The notes: generated by a model not told the origin, from the letters alone. 64,000 nt of DNA from Candidatus Bathyarchaeota archaeon (GCA_963828195.1 CAWHDT010000003.1:32001-96000); one strand, 5' to 3'; numbered from the stretch's first letter, positions 1-9,688 are shown. Made by a program: numbers and translations.

Positions 1-351
1 CGTATAACAAGAGAGAAAAAAACCATCGACGCGATGGTTCACATATACTGCAGAGGCCACCACGGCACCAAAGGGAAGGAGCTGTGCCCCGAATGCACCG
101 AGTTTATGTCCTACGCTTTTCTGCGTTTGGATAAATGTCCTTTCCAAGAAGAAAAATCCACATGTGGCAAATGTCTCGTGCATTGTTATCAGCCTCAGAT
201 GAGGGCGAAAGTGAAGAAGGTCATGCGGTATTCGGGTCCACGAATGCTTTTGCATAGTCCAGGGTTGGCGATGCACCACGCGTTCGATGGAAGAAAGAAG
301 CCGCAGACAATAGAAGAATTCAGGAAGAAAAAAGCTCAAAGTCCAACTTAA
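1..351 (+). CDS. YgbA/nitrous oxide-stimulated promoter family Cys-rich protein (5' end outside window)
   Basis: Frame is open from base 1 (RITREKKTIDAMVHIYC...). Motifs YCxxHH, LCPEC, RLDKCPF, KSTCGKCLVHCY, VMRYSGPRM. Confidence 0.85.
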   Translation, partial: RITREKKTIDAMVHIYCRGHHGTKGKELCPECTEFMSYAFLRLDKCPFQEEKSTCGKCLVHCYQPQMRAKVKKVMRYSGPRMLLHSPGLAMHHAFDGRKKPQTIEEFRKKKAQSPT

Positions 352-478
352 AAGCTGCAGGATAAGCTTTTGACTTGCGCGGTCCTCGACCTTAGGCTTA
401 GATTGTTTGCTAACCTGGCATTGTCGCCCTTTGATTATGCCTGACCTAAAATTTCCAGTATCGGCGATAACTTGATTT

Positions 479-748
479 TTACAGAAGCTTTGAGAAGTCA
501 GAGTAAACTTTTTTCCTGTGACCTACAAAAAGCACTGTTACTTGGTTCTGATTTGTATTTATTTCATAGATAGCCCTGTAGTCACCTGATCTTATGCTCC
601 AAAAATGCGAGGGATGTAGAGGTTTTCCTGTTTTGAACGGGTCTATCGCAAGTTCATCAAGGGCTATTTTCATCCTCGCTTTATTTACTTCATCAATTTT
701 TCTAAAGTCTCTGGCGGCGCTAGCCTGCAAAAGAACCTTAAAAACCAA
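479..748 (-). CDS. RelE/ParE family type II toxin
   Basis: 89 aa; GKPL...WSIRSGDYRAIYEI...VLFVGHRKKVY; directly downstream of an RHH gene. Confidence 0.85.
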   Translation of the reverse strand: MVFKVLLQASAARDFRKIDEVNKARMKIALDELAIDPFKTGKPLHPSHFWSIRSGDYRAIYEINTNQNQVTVLFVGHRKKVYSDFSKLL

Positions 749-752
749 AAAG

Positions 753-974
753 CTATACGTCCTCTAAGGGAATTAGCTTTTCCGGGTGCTTTTTTGCTTC
801 TTCGCTTCGTTTATTGAGTAGGTCGTAGAACTTGCGGGTTTTCTCTCTTTCCTCGTATAAGCTGATGATCGTTTTTATTGCGTCGCTGCGGCTTTTGAAG
901 CGTCCTTCAGCAACCCAGGAATCAATTTCCGCAATTGTTTTCTCAGGCAGCCTTAATTGAACTTGAGTCATCAC
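753..974 (-). CDS. ribbon-helix-helix (CopG/Arc) antitoxin
   Basis: QVQLRLPE...IDSWVAEGRFKSRSDAIK; C-terminal LIPLEDV; upstream of relE. Confidence 0.8.
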   Translation of the reverse strand: MMTQVQLRLPEKTIAEIDSWVAEGRFKSRSDAIKTIISLYEEREKTRKFYDLLNKRSEEAKKHPEKLIPLEDV

Positions 975-1075
975 AGTTCACAGTAAACAATAATGTTTAC
1001 AAATCACTTAAAAGTTTTGCCTCCAGAGGAACCCAACAGCGGCAAGGGCAGATTCGTTACTTCTAACTAAGTGAT

Positions 1076-2560
1076 TTACCAGCTGAGGTTTTTGGTCAAA
1101 TCATCTGATGTAAAAACAATATCTGGGTTAAGCAGAGCTTTGGTGTCAAAGATTTTTTTGATTTGCTCAAAGTACCCATAGATTTTGTTCCCCCATTCCT
1201 GGCGAAGGTACTTAGACCTGTTTCTTCCCAATCCATGCTCGCCTGTTATGGTGCCGCCTGCTTTCAAGGTGGCTTCGAAGATTGCGTTGGAAAGTTTTCT
1301 CAGGTTTTCTTCCCAATTTTCTTTGCAGATCATCGGCCTGACATGGATGTTTCCTTCGCCTGCGTGACCGTAAATCACCGCAGCAGTCCCAAATCGGTCC
1401 AGTATATCTTGAATGGCGACCAAAAAATTGGGCATTTGGTTGATAGGCACCGCAAGGTCATCTGCAAAGGGTGGAAACCGCTTCTCTGGTGTTTCCAGTT
1501 TGCTCATTATCCAAAGAAGCATCGATTCCCGTACTTGCCAAAGCTCAGCTTGCTTTTTCACGTCGGTTTCAACTAGAAAGTTGATTGATTTTTCTTTCAA
1601 ATGATTTCTCATGAGGGTATCTGCCTGATCCAAGTCAGAGTCAAACTCCACAAGCAAAACAGCTCGGCAGTCTAGCGGAACATTAACCTCGTTTCTAAGC
1701 AAGTCAACACCGTAAGAATCCATGGCCTCAAGGGCTGACGGCTCAAAAACCTTTATTTCAATCACGGCTTCTGCAGCCTTGAACAAAGAGCGGAAAAACA
1801 GCAGATAAAGGCTGGTATTTTTGGGGCAGGGAACCGCCTCCAACTCGACCTCGCTGAAGACACCCAGTGTCCCAACAGATCCCGCCAATAGATGAGTAAC
1901 AATTTCAGCAGGCGCTTCGTAATCGTAAAAGCTTTTCAGGTTGTATCCGCTGCTTGATTTCAAGTTTCTTCTCGACTCCAAGATACGGGTTGTTTCTATG
2001 TCGTTTCTAAGCCGACTTTTTAGGTCAACGATTGCTTCCTCGAGTTTTCCTGGCAACCCATGCCACGTATCTATTAATCCATGTTCGATATCGAAGAAAC
2101 GGAGATTTCTAAGAGCAGAATTAACTGTTCCATACTTGAGGCTCCGCAAGCCGCTTGCTTTCGTTGCAACATTTCCGCCGATGGTACAGAATGAGCGGGA
2201 AGTCGGGTCGTATGGAATTCGAAGCCCATCAGCGTTCAGCTGCTGGTCCAGTTGCTGATGGATTACGCCTGGCTGAACCCTTACTCTTCGCCCTTCCCTC
2301 TCGATGATGGCGTGCATTTTGGAGAAGAGAACAATGATGCCTGAGCCAACGGCTGAACCAGACTGATTGGAACCCCCACCCCGCGGGGTTATTGGGACAG
2401 CTTCTGCTTTGGAGTAAGCAATTATCTTCGCTAAGTCCTCTTCGTTTGTGGGAACCGCAATCATCAAAGGTTTGACTGCATAATGACTCATGTCGATTGA
2501 ATACTTTTTAATAGATGCCCCGTCGGTTAGCACTTCGCCAGAGATTTGTAGTTGCCTCAA
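1076..2560 (-). CDS. FAD-linked oxidoreductase, GlcD/D-lactate dehydrogenase-like
   Basis: PRGGGS, CTIGGNVAT, GSVGTLG, GHAGEGNIH, GEHGLG, LNP motifs. Confidence 0.88.
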   Translation of the reverse strand: MRQLQISGEVLTDGASIKKYSIDMSHYAVKPLMIAVPTNEEDLAKIIAYSKAEAVPITPRGGGSNQSGSAVGSGIIVLFSKMHAIIEREGRRVRVQPGVIHQQLDQQLNADGLRIPYDPTSRSFCTIGGNVATKASGLRSLKYGTVNSALRNLRFFDIEHGLIDTWHGLPGKLEEAIVDLKSRLRNDIETTRILESRRNLKSSSGYNLKSFYDYEAPAEIVTHLLAGSVGTLGVFSEVELEAVPCPKNTSLYLLFFRSLFKAAEAVIEIKVFEPSALEAMDSYGVDLLRNEVNVPLDCRAVLLVEFDSDLDQADTLMRNHLKEKSINFLVETDVKKQAELWQVRESMLLWIMSKLETPEKRFPPFADDLAVPINQMPNFLVAIQDILDRFGTAAVIYGHAGEGNIHVRPMICKENWEENLRKLSNAIFEATLKAGGTITGEHGLGRNRSKYLRQEWGNKIYGYFEQIKKIFDTKALLNPDIVFTSDDLTKNLSW

Positions 2561-2594
2561 TCTCTGCCTCCAACATTAATTTTAGACGGCAAAG

Positions 2595-3941
2595 TCACGC
2601 GTACCTTTCCTGCTGCGCCAACGGGTTGGTCCATTTAATTATTGCGCTAACTGAGTTCTGGTTAAACCCCTTAAACCCTTGCCCCCTCTCAATATTCTCC
2701 AAGTGGCTGGCAACGGCGCCGTCCCGAGAAAAAGTTGAGGCTTGATCCTCGTTTAGTTGATGATTTTTCACCAACTGAGCTAACTTGTCTTCTTTCACCT
2801 GCCACTTCTCAGGTTCCGTGAATGCTTGCTTCAGAAAGGGGAAATTTGAGAAAGGCTTCATCATTCCGACGCCTGCACTTTTGAGGTCTTCTTGAACGCT
2901 GTCGAAACGAAATTTAGCGGCTAAATGATGCATGCCTGCTTCAAGAATGCTTTCGCCATGCAGACCAACCCATAAGCCAACTGTGCCAAGCTTTTCCTGC
3001 GGCTTGAGCCCTTGATGCGCGAAGTCAACGTCTTTTTCTTCCCTAGACAAATCTACGTCTGCAAAAACAACGTTTCTTCCATCTGTGTCTTCCAAGATTT
3101 GGGCACCCCAACCTGCCTGGGCTCCAGCGTGGAATCTTTCCCGCGGGTTTAAGCCTAAGTGCTCAAAAATTCTGATGAGGGAAACAAAGTTCTGCCTTGA
3201 AGACCTAAAGGTGTGGTGGTCAACGTTGCCCCAGCCCCCTCCGACTTGATCCTGCCTTCTCTTTTGAACCGTGGCCGCATGGTTTCTGCTCTCCCAATAG
3301 CGTCTTTCTGCTCGGAAGAACGCGTCGGCTAATCTCTTCTTGCTAATTTTGGTGCCCAAGGATGCGAGGAGCTTTTCTGTCTCCAACAAGCCTTCTTCAC
3401 CTGAAGCAAATGTTCTTTGTCGAGAACCTAAAGCTCCAGATGCCTCAATGTACGAATCAACATCGTCGCTATCCTCAACACAGTACCCTGAAGAGCCGCG
3501 CCTCTCAACAGCCGAAAACAAAAAGTCGCCTTCGCCCGTCAGCATCAATTTTCTGAAAGCCGCGTTAGGTTCCCCCTGAATGTTTTTTTCTTCGGCAAAG
3601 ACTTTGCGAAAGTCATCGATGTCTTCCACGCCAAATGCAAGCTCCAAAGCCTTGCCTTTTTTTAAAAGCATCGGGAACAATACGCTGCCTTCAACTCGAA
3701 AAACAGATGAGCCATCGGTTAATTTTGATTCTTGAAAACCCATTTTAAAAAGGTCATCCACATCCACTTGTTCCGATGGGACTGCTAGGTGGTCAACCCA
3801 ATCAAAAATTCTTGTCGAAGTCTGCTGCTTAATCTCATCAGCTAAGGTTGCCGCATAATTGTTCTTGCTTAAGAATTCGTCAAGTTTTGTCTGCAGGAAA
3901 GATTCTGCTTTTGGAAAAAGAGCCCAATCAAACTTGTTCAA
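2595..3941 (-). CDS. conserved hypothetical protein, possibly VOC/glyoxalase-like metalloenzyme
   Basis: 448 aa ORF; VDHL, DHHTFRSSR, GMHHLA, HLENIER (putative His/His/Glu metal ligands); in operon with the FAD oxidoreductase. Confidence 0.6.
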   Translation of the reverse strand: MNKFDWALFPKAESFLQTKLDEFLSKNNYAATLADEIKQQTSTRIFDWVDHLAVPSEQVDVDDLFKMGFQESKLTDGSSVFRVEGSVLFPMLLKKGKALELAFGVEDIDDFRKVFAEEKNIQGEPNAAFRKLMLTGEGDFLFSAVERRGSSGYCVEDSDDVDSYIEASGALGSRQRTFASGEEGLLETEKLLASLGTKISKKRLADAFFRAERRYWESRNHAATVQKRRQDQVGGGWGNVDHHTFRSSRQNFVSLIRIFEHLGLNPRERFHAGAQAGWGAQILEDTDGRNVVFADVDLSREEKDVDFAHQGLKPQEKLGTVGLWVGLHGESILEAGMHHLAAKFRFDSVQEDLKSAGVGMMKPFSNFPFLKQAFTEPEKWQVKEDKLAQLVKNHQLNEDQASTFSRDGAVASHLENIERGQGFKGFNQNSVSAIIKWTNPLAQQERYA

Positions 3942-4194
3942 GTAACGCTCTCCTTTTCATGAAAAAAGTTTCTACTTAACAGTATACTCCCTCGGCTAAA
4001 TAAGCTTGAAATCTGATAAATCATGGGCAAAGCGCCGAAGGTTAAGCGTTTAATGTGAAGCTTTCAGCTAAAGTGAATCTATCACGCGTTTTTTTATGGG
4101 GTTTTTCTTTTCGGCAAGGCAGAATTGGTCGAGCAGCCAAGCGCTTTCCCGAAAACCTTTTAAATCCAGCCTGCGAATCCTTTTTACGGTAAAC

Positions 4195-4365
4195 ATGTCA
4201 TCAAAAAAAGATAAAGCTAAAGAAAAAATCGAAGTAGACGCTAAAAAGACTAAAGAAGACGCAAAAAAGGTCGGCGGAGACCTAAAGAAAGCGGGTAAGA
4301 AAGGCGCCGAAGAAGTCAAAAAAGTCGGCGAAGAAGTTAAAGCAAAACTTCACAAAAAATCTTAA
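4195..4365 (+). CDS. small Lys/Glu-rich LEA/CsbD-like protein
   Basis: ATG at 4195 downstream of TTTAAA; repeated KKVG(G/E)(D/E) units; T-rich terminator follows. Confidence 0.65.
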   Translation: MSSKKDKAKEKIEVDAKKTKEDAKKVGGDLKKAGKKGAEEVKKVGEEVKAKLHKKS

Positions 4366-4536
4366 ACCCGCTTTTCTCTTTTTTTGGCAATTAGCTCACC
4401 CGAATGGTAGGCTCTGCCCAGAAGTGAGCAAATCTTACTGCACATTTTTGAAAAAATATGGAGTATTTGTTGGCTGTAATGATGGAACGCGGATTTTCTT
4501 GCTGGAAGGGCTTGAGAAAAAATGTTTGTTCATTAC

Positions 4537-4579
4537 TGTAGTCACCTCACCATTAAAATTTAAATCTGTGTAGTCACCT
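4537..4579 (+). promoter_or_regulatory. direct repeat TGTAGTCACCT flanking the TATA box of the fic gene
   Basis: Identical 11-mers at 4537-4547 and 4569-4579 with TTTAAAT between them. Confidence 0.55.
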
Positions 4580-4588
4580 AATATATTT

Positions 4589-5530
4589 GTGCACGTCGAA
4601 ATTAGAGAAAAGAATGGTTCACGTAAATACTATTTAGCGCACTCTTATAGAGTCGGAAAATTCGTAAAAAAAGTTAGAGTTTACCTCGGCACAAACTTAA
4701 CTCACGAGGAATTAAAACAAAAAAGAAAAATGGCTGAAGCCAAACTTAAAGAACGGATAAAGCAAGCCGAATCAATCCATGACCCCTATTTAACACCGCT
4801 TTCGTCCTCAGAATCAAAAGAGCTTGAAACTCTTGAAGCGCGAGGGGAATTACGAGTACCTCGTCTCTCAGAACTTGACTGGGACAAGTTCAAGGAAGCA
4901 TTTACCTATAATACAAACGCTATTGAAGGTTCACGGGTTAAATCTAATGAAGTTGCAGACATTCTTAGAAAGAGAAAATGGCCACCAAACGTAAGCAAAG
5001 AGGATATTGCGGAAACCTATGGAGTCGCTGAAGCAGTGGACTACATTCGTAAAACCAAAGAATGCGTTTCCTTGAGACTTATAAAACAACTTCACAAAAT
5101 AGTTTTTAAGAATTCAAAGCATTTTGCAGGGGAATTTAGAGAAAAAGGTGTGGAAGTAATAGTTGCTGACTCATATGGAAATGTTATTCACCGTGGAGCA
5201 CCATCGTGGCAAATTGAGGAACTGCTAAAAGATTTGGTTCGGTGGTATAATCGGAATAAGGAAATGTGTCCTTCGCTGGTTTTAGCCGCCGTTGTTCATA
5301 ATCAATTCGAAAACATTCATCCATTCCAAGATGGAAACGGCAGGGTTGGAAGATTGCTCCTTAACAATATCCTGTTAAAGCATGATCTTCCGCCTTTAAA
5401 CATTGAACTAAAAAATAGAGCGCAGTATTATGAGGCTTTACAAATCTATGAAAAAGACCACAACATACGTCCCACTATAGATTTAATGCTTAAAGAATAC
5501 AGGGCACTTAAGAAGATCTTACATAGGTGA
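4589..5530 (+). CDS. Fic family protein (AMPylase-type)
   Basis: Canonical HPFQDGNGRVGR motif; TNAIEG motif. Confidence 0.92.
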   Translation: MHVEIREKNGSRKYYLAHSYRVGKFVKKVRVYLGTNLTHEELKQKRKMAEAKLKERIKQAESIHDPYLTPLSSSESKELETLEARGELRVPRLSELDWDKFKEAFTYNTNAIEGSRVKSNEVADILRKRKWPPNVSKEDIAETYGVAEAVDYIRKTKECVSLRLIKQLHKIVFKNSKHFAGEFREKGVEVIVADSYGNVIHRGAPSWQIEELLKDLVRWYNRNKEMCPSLVLAAVVHNQFENIHPFQDGNGRVGRLLLNNILLKHDLPPLNIELKNRAQYYEALQIYEKDHNIRPTIDLMLKEYRALKKILHR

Positions 5531-5575
5531 CCACAAATTTCGCATGCGTAGTCACCTCTAATACGATTTGGTTTT

Positions 5576-5620
5576 TGGCGCGGGATGTTAGGTTTACACC
5601 CACGTTTAAATCCACACGAA
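5576..5620 (-). repeat. tRNA-Ser 3'-end-derived site A (att-like) plus arm motif
   Basis: TGGCGCGGGATGT is identical to 9936-9948; CACGTTTAAATCCACACGAA at +25. Confidence 0.8.
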
Positions 5621-5750
5621 AAATTTAGGAAGAAAAACGCAATACGCTGTTGTTCTGAACTCAAAAAAGCTCAAAGAAGTTAAATAGAAAGAAAAAAAGA
5701 ATTTTGAATTCGTAGTTTCCCTTTGTCGTTGTCTAAAAGATGGGTGCGGT

Positions 5751-6188
5751 TTACCCGAATGTTACGTATTTTTTGGGCTCCATCATGTTAGCTCTGCTCC
5801 AGTGGTGAGCCTGGCATTTTGCTACCTTCATGATGACCAACTCGGGGCTTTCTGCCGTTATGCCCATTTGCTTGAGGAAGGGCCGCGCTTCTATCACTTT
5901 CCGCTTCATCTCCAGATCTTGCACAAACTCCACCTTGCCCGTGACCCGCACCATGTCTCCGCTTTTGCTTTTGTAGTCGAGGAAGCAGACTTCTACTTTG
6001 GGATTGGCTTTAAGCTGCTTATAGACATCTTTGCTCGCATCCATGCTGTAGTAGAGTCCGGTTTTGTCGGCGGAGAAAAGCTGCAGCGCACGCACTTTCG
6101 GCTGGTCGCCATCTAAGGTGGCGAAGAAGCTGATTGGGTTGTCGGTTACAAACTTGAGAATTTCGTTCAATTCCATAATTATCGCCAA
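5751..6188 (-). CDS. pyridoxamine 5'-phosphate oxidase-like (split beta-barrel flavin-binding) protein
   Basis: FFATLDGDQPKVR, KDVYKQLKANPKVEVCF, VRVTGKVEF. Confidence 0.88.
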   Translation of the reverse strand: MAIIMELNEILKFVTDNPISFFATLDGDQPKVRALQLFSADKTGLYYSMDASKDVYKQLKANPKVEVCFLDYKSKSGDMVRVTGKVEFVQDLEMKRKVIEARPFLKQMGITAESPELVIMKVAKCQAHHWSRANMMEPKKYVTFG

Positions 6189-6367
6189 GCAGTAAGAGTG
6201 GCGACGACGATTATAGGCTTTTCCTAAGCAGGCGAGCGGCGGTTTGGCAGTTTGTAGAGCCTCGCGAGACTTAACGCCGGTGTGGTTAGGATGAATTTGG
6301 ATTAACCCGAATTACCTTACTTGCTTTCTATATAGTAAGCGGCTCACAAATTAACGGAATTTGGAAA

Positions 6368-6412
6368 TGGGCGGGATGTCAAATTTTGCATTCACTTTCA
6401 AATTTCACGCAG
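6368..6412 (-). repeat. tRNA-Ser 3'-end-derived site B plus arm motif
   Basis: GAATTTGGAAATGG-GCGGGATGT matches the tRNA end and its flank with a 1-nt deletion; CACTTTCAAATTTCACGC at +25. Confidence 0.75.
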
Positions 6413-6537
6413 GTAATAACCGTCTTTTTAAAAAGAATCAAGAGATGATAGGTTGCTGTCTTAAGCCAGCCACAAATGTTTATTTTTCGCTCCCTCTTTG
6501 AGAAATGGCGGAGTAAAAGTTATGTCATTAAATGTGA

Positions 6538-7041
6538 ATGGGCAAAGAGTACACTCCCTGGAAGATTCCTATGTCAGAACAAGCGGCATCTAAGGAAGAA
6601 GCCCTGAAAGAACCGGTGCGGCCTCATCAGCCGGGCCAGTCGACGTTCCGAGCGATCCTCGCCGAAGGCGTTGAGTGGAAACCGTTCGCGGCGTTTCCGC
6701 CGGAAGCACGCTTGGCGGTTCTGGTTGGCCGACCCTTGGAGCCCGGACCTTATACCATCAGGGTAAAGGTGCCTAACGGGGTGAAACTGATGCCTCACTG
6801 GCATCCTGAGGACCGCGTTTACACGGTCATTTCCGGGGTCTTCTACATCGGCTTAGGCGATAAATTCGACGCCGATAAGCTAGAGGCATATCCACCCGGC
6901 GCTGTAATTATTCTTCCCGGCAACACTTCCCACTTTCACTGGGCAAAGTCCGGCGAATACGTCACGCAGGTAACCGCCATAGGGCCACTCGGTCTGGAAT
7001 ATGTCGACTCGAAGGACGATCCGCGGAATGTTCCCCGTTAA
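6538..7041 (+). CDS. cupin domain protein
   Basis: PHWHPEDRVYTVISG and PGNTSHFHW cupin motifs; visibly GC-richer than neighbours; start may be 6571. Confidence 0.88.
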   Translation: MGKEYTPWKIPMSEQAASKEEALKEPVRPHQPGQSTFRAILAEGVEWKPFAAFPPEARLAVLVGRPLEPGPYTIRVKVPNGVKLMPHWHPEDRVYTVISGVFYIGLGDKFDADKLEAYPPGAVIILPGNTSHFHWAKSGEYVTQVTAIGPLGLEYVDSKDDPRNVPR

Positions 7042-7076
7042 TACGCGCGCTGGTTTGCCCTAAAAATCACTAATAT

Positions 7077-7508
7077 TTATGTTTGGGTTGGAGTTGCGCG
7101 TACCGCGTCTAATTTCTTCCTTCCGAAGACTAAAGCCCCTAAAAAGAGTAAGCCGAAACCTACAACGAAAGCTATGACAACGTTCGCACCTAACGAACCA
7201 CCAGAGCCTTCAGAAAAACCATAGCCACCAGAAAGAAGATCAAGAACTGACCCGAATACAAGAAAAGTTAGTCCTAAATAAGCCATAAACCTGCCAATCT
7301 TCATCTTCTCGGTGAGCATTATTGGTGTTTTTCTGCGTTTGAAGCCTGAGATACCAAAATAAGCCATAGACATTCCCATCGATGATACCACAGCGCCCAG
7401 AATTGGAATTGTGCTAATGAGAAAGACAAGATAGATACCGAATCCTAAAATAAGTAATCCAGCCAATCGGACAGCTAGATCTGAATTTCTTATTGGATTC
7501 ACAGACAT
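7077..7508 (-). CDS. hypothetical membrane protein (about 4 TM)
   Basis: Four hydrophobic segments. Confidence 0.65.
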   Translation of the reverse strand: MSVNPIRNSDLAVRLAGLLILGFGIYLVFLISTIPILGAVVSSMGMSMAYFGISGFKRRKTPIMLTEKMKIGRFMAYLGLTFLVFGSVLDLLSGGYGFSEGSGGSLGANVVIAFVVGFGLLFLGALVFGRKKLDAVRATPTQT

Positions 7509-7769
7509 GTAATGGATCCTTTACTATTTCAATTCCTATGGCTTTATGTTTTTTCTCTATTAATATTTTAGGGACAAAGCGGCGCCCTAAACCCCTTTTA
7601 CAATTTAGGGCGTGAGTGGGGGATCCCATCACTAGTTCACGAGTAAAAGTATGCACTGAAGGGCGCGAAATAAGTGCTGTCCTTGAACGCATATAGACTA
7701 AACCTAAAGCGCTCATAGAATGGCTTGAGCGCTTAGCGGTTTAAGACTTCTCATACCGTCGTGTTAAAC

Positions 7770-8156
7770 TCAGGGCTTCATCAAGGTAACGTGAATAGGT
7801 TCTATTCTCAAAATGACCCTATCTCCGTGCTGTCTGTAATCCATGCCTATGTACTTATGCGCTAACTTATCGATATGTTCCTCAGCGCCTTCTTTTCTTA
7901 TCTCAACAACCTTGCCCCTAATGAAAAGCGAATCGTACGGGTCGTTCATGTTGAATACGCTTATCGCCACACGAGGATCCCGCCTAATATTCCTTGTCTT
8001 GACCCTGTTCTCAGTCGTATTAATCAGTACGACGTCGCCGTCGTGGTCTACCCAAGTGGTCGTTACGTGCGGGGAACCATCCCTCATCAATGTGCCTATG
8101 TTTGCGAAATTTTTTGCCTCAATCAATTGCTTCGCTTTTTCAGGAAGGTTTACCAT
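7770..8156 (-). CDS. PPOX class F420-dependent oxidoreductase family protein
   Basis: GTLMRDGSPHVTTTWVD, KTRNIRRDPRVAISV, HIDKLAHKY. Confidence 0.88.
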   Translation of the reverse strand: MVNLPEKAKQLIEAKNFANIGTLMRDGSPHVTTTWVDHDGDVVLINTTENRVKTRNIRRDPRVAISVFNMNDPYDSLFIRGKVVEIRKEGAEEHIDKLAHKYIGMDYRQHGDRVILRIEPIHVTLMKP

Positions 8157-8386
8157 GCAGCCACCATTTACTAAGACGGATGGAACGAAGATTAATAGTT
8201 TTCTTGGCAGCGCGTCGTGAAATGCCGTATGGCAAGTGGGGCGGGGGCGAACGCTGATTTGTGTGCAACTTAAACGCTGAATTAAATTGGATTGCCTAAA
8301 CGGTTGAAACGCAAATTAGAAGCCAACAACTCATGGTTCATTTTTAGAAATAAATGAATGTTAAGCCTTATTTGGCAAAAAGAGCT

Positions 8387-8430
8387 TGGCGCGGGATGTT
8401 GGATTTGAACCCACGCGGCCTTTCGACCAC
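8387..8430 (-). repeat. 44-bp copy of tRNA-Ser 3' half (site C, attR-like)
   Basis: 43/44 identical to 9936-9979; weak similarity continues to about 8448. Confidence 0.92.
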
Positions 8431-8521
8431 CTCAGACTTTCTGACCTGTAGAATCGCGGGCATCTTTGTAACAATATTTTTTAATGTTTTTTGACAATTG
8501 TTAAATACGGCTCTATGATAT

Positions 8522-8749
8522 TTGGGTTTGATGGATATGACGTCTGAAGCAGAGTTGAAAGAGATTCGAAGTCTGCTTGTGGAACTGAACAAAAAAGTGC
8601 AAGGGCTCAATGAGTTGGTGGAAGAGAGGCTAATAGGCTGTGAGGTGCCCACCAAAGAGGATGTTGAAGCCATAAACGAGTATGAAGCTTCAAAGAAAAG
8701 CAAAAAACTCCACGTTGAGCCTCTAAGCGAACTATCAAAAGGGAATTAG
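8522..8749 (+). CDS. putative antitoxin
   Basis: Small acidic protein (PTKEDVEAINEYE...PLSEL) 3 bp upstream of relE; start uncertain (8537 possible). Confidence 0.7.
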   Translation: MGLMDMTSEAELKEIRSLLVELNKKVQGLNELVEERLIGCEVPTKEDVEAINEYEASKKSKKLHVEPLSELSKGN

Positions 8750-8752
8750 CTG

Positions 8753-9019
8753 TTGCCTAAGCATCTGGTTTTTGTAGAAAGCAAAGCCAAAAAACAATTC
8801 AAGAAGTTGCCCAAAGAAAACCAAACAAGGGTTCTTGCAGCTCTGAAAACCTTGGAAGACGAAGGCTTTTCTGCAAGGTTAGACCTCAAGAAGCTGCAAG
8901 GGTATAGAAGCCATTACCGTATAAGAGCGGGCAGAATTATACGAATAAGGTTTGAGCTTTCGGCAGACGGAACAATTGTTGTTTACTCTATTTCAATGCG
9001 CGAAAATGCATACGAATAG
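8753..9019 (+). CDS. RelE/ParE family toxin
   Basis: AKKQFKKL, DLKKLQGY, YRIRAG, RENAY. Confidence 0.85.
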   Translation: MPKHLVFVESKAKKQFKKLPKENQTRVLAALKTLEDEGFSARLDLKKLQGYRSHYRIRAGRIIRIRFELSADGTIVVYSISMRENAYE

Positions 9020-9085
9020 GCGCTGACAAAACCAAGGTTTTTAAGCAATTTCTTTCAGCAGACCGTAGTTGCAAGGAGGTTTAAG

Positions 9086-9131
9086 TGGCGCGGGATGTCA
9101 GTTTTACATTCACGTTTAAATTTCACGCGAA
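9086..9131 (-). repeat. tRNA-Ser 3'-end-derived site D plus arm motif
   Basis: TGGCGCGGGATGT exact; CACGTTTAAATTTCACGCGAA at +25. Confidence 0.8.
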
Positions 9132-9226
9132 GCGCCGTGAATGCCGGAATAAGTGAATAAAGTATAAAACCAATATGTTCAAATCGCCAAAACTGTTAAG
9201 ATCCCATTTCGTATGGTTTGTTTGAT

Positions 9227-9688
9227 CTATTTGCTTAGTCCTAGCTGTTGCATGAATCCAACAAAGTCATAAAATAGTCTTTCTTCGACGATTTCGCCGT
9301 TCTTCCAGGTGGCTACGGTGCAGAATTCAAGCTTAGCTGTCTTTCCGGTTGGTTGGATGATCTTTCCGTCTGCGCTTTTCATGGGTCCTTTCATCGTTAC
9401 TGTCCAGTCGGCGACTGTGCATGTGTGGTCTCCATCTCCAAATGCGATCTTGTAGGGGTTATTGACTATTTTGTTGTCGAAAGTTTTGAAGAACTCTGTA
9501 GCTTCGACATCGTGGTTGTGCCTTCCTATCGTGGGAAGGGGTTGCGCTGGCCAGTAAACCTTAACGTCTTCTCTGTGACGTTTCTTAAACGTCTCCCAGA
9601 GGGGGCTGTTTGGACCTGCGTTCCAGGCGTCATCAAGGGTTTTCATCAACTCGAGATTTTCTTTTGATCCCATCTTGCATTCACCCAA
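9227..9688 (-). CDS. SnoaL-like ester cyclase (NTF2 fold)
   Basis: DDAWN, IQPTGK, FCTVATWKNGEIVEERLFYD...QQLGL; start probably 9673. Confidence 0.85.
   Translation of the reverse strand: MGECKMGSKENLELMKTLDDAWNAGPNSPLWETFKKRHREDVKVYWPAQPLPTIGRHNHDVEATEFFKTFDNKIVNNPYKIAFGDGDHTCTVADWTVTMKGPMKSADGKIIQPTGKTAKLEFCTVATWKNGEIVEERLFYDFVGFMQQLGLSK

Noticed and set aside
577-587. Another TGTAGTCACCT copy
   Set aside because: Lies inside relE, encoding the conserved GDYR; probably coincidence.
4483-4496. TGGAACGCGGATTT as a fifth att-like site left of fic
   Set aside because: Too degenerate and lacks the +25 arm motif. The left boundary of the Fic unit stays undefined.
8368-8703. 111-aa minus-strand ORF sharing VVERPRGFKS with the ORF at 9875
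   Set aside because: The similarity is only the translated tRNA fragment; the ORF is antisense to the antitoxin.
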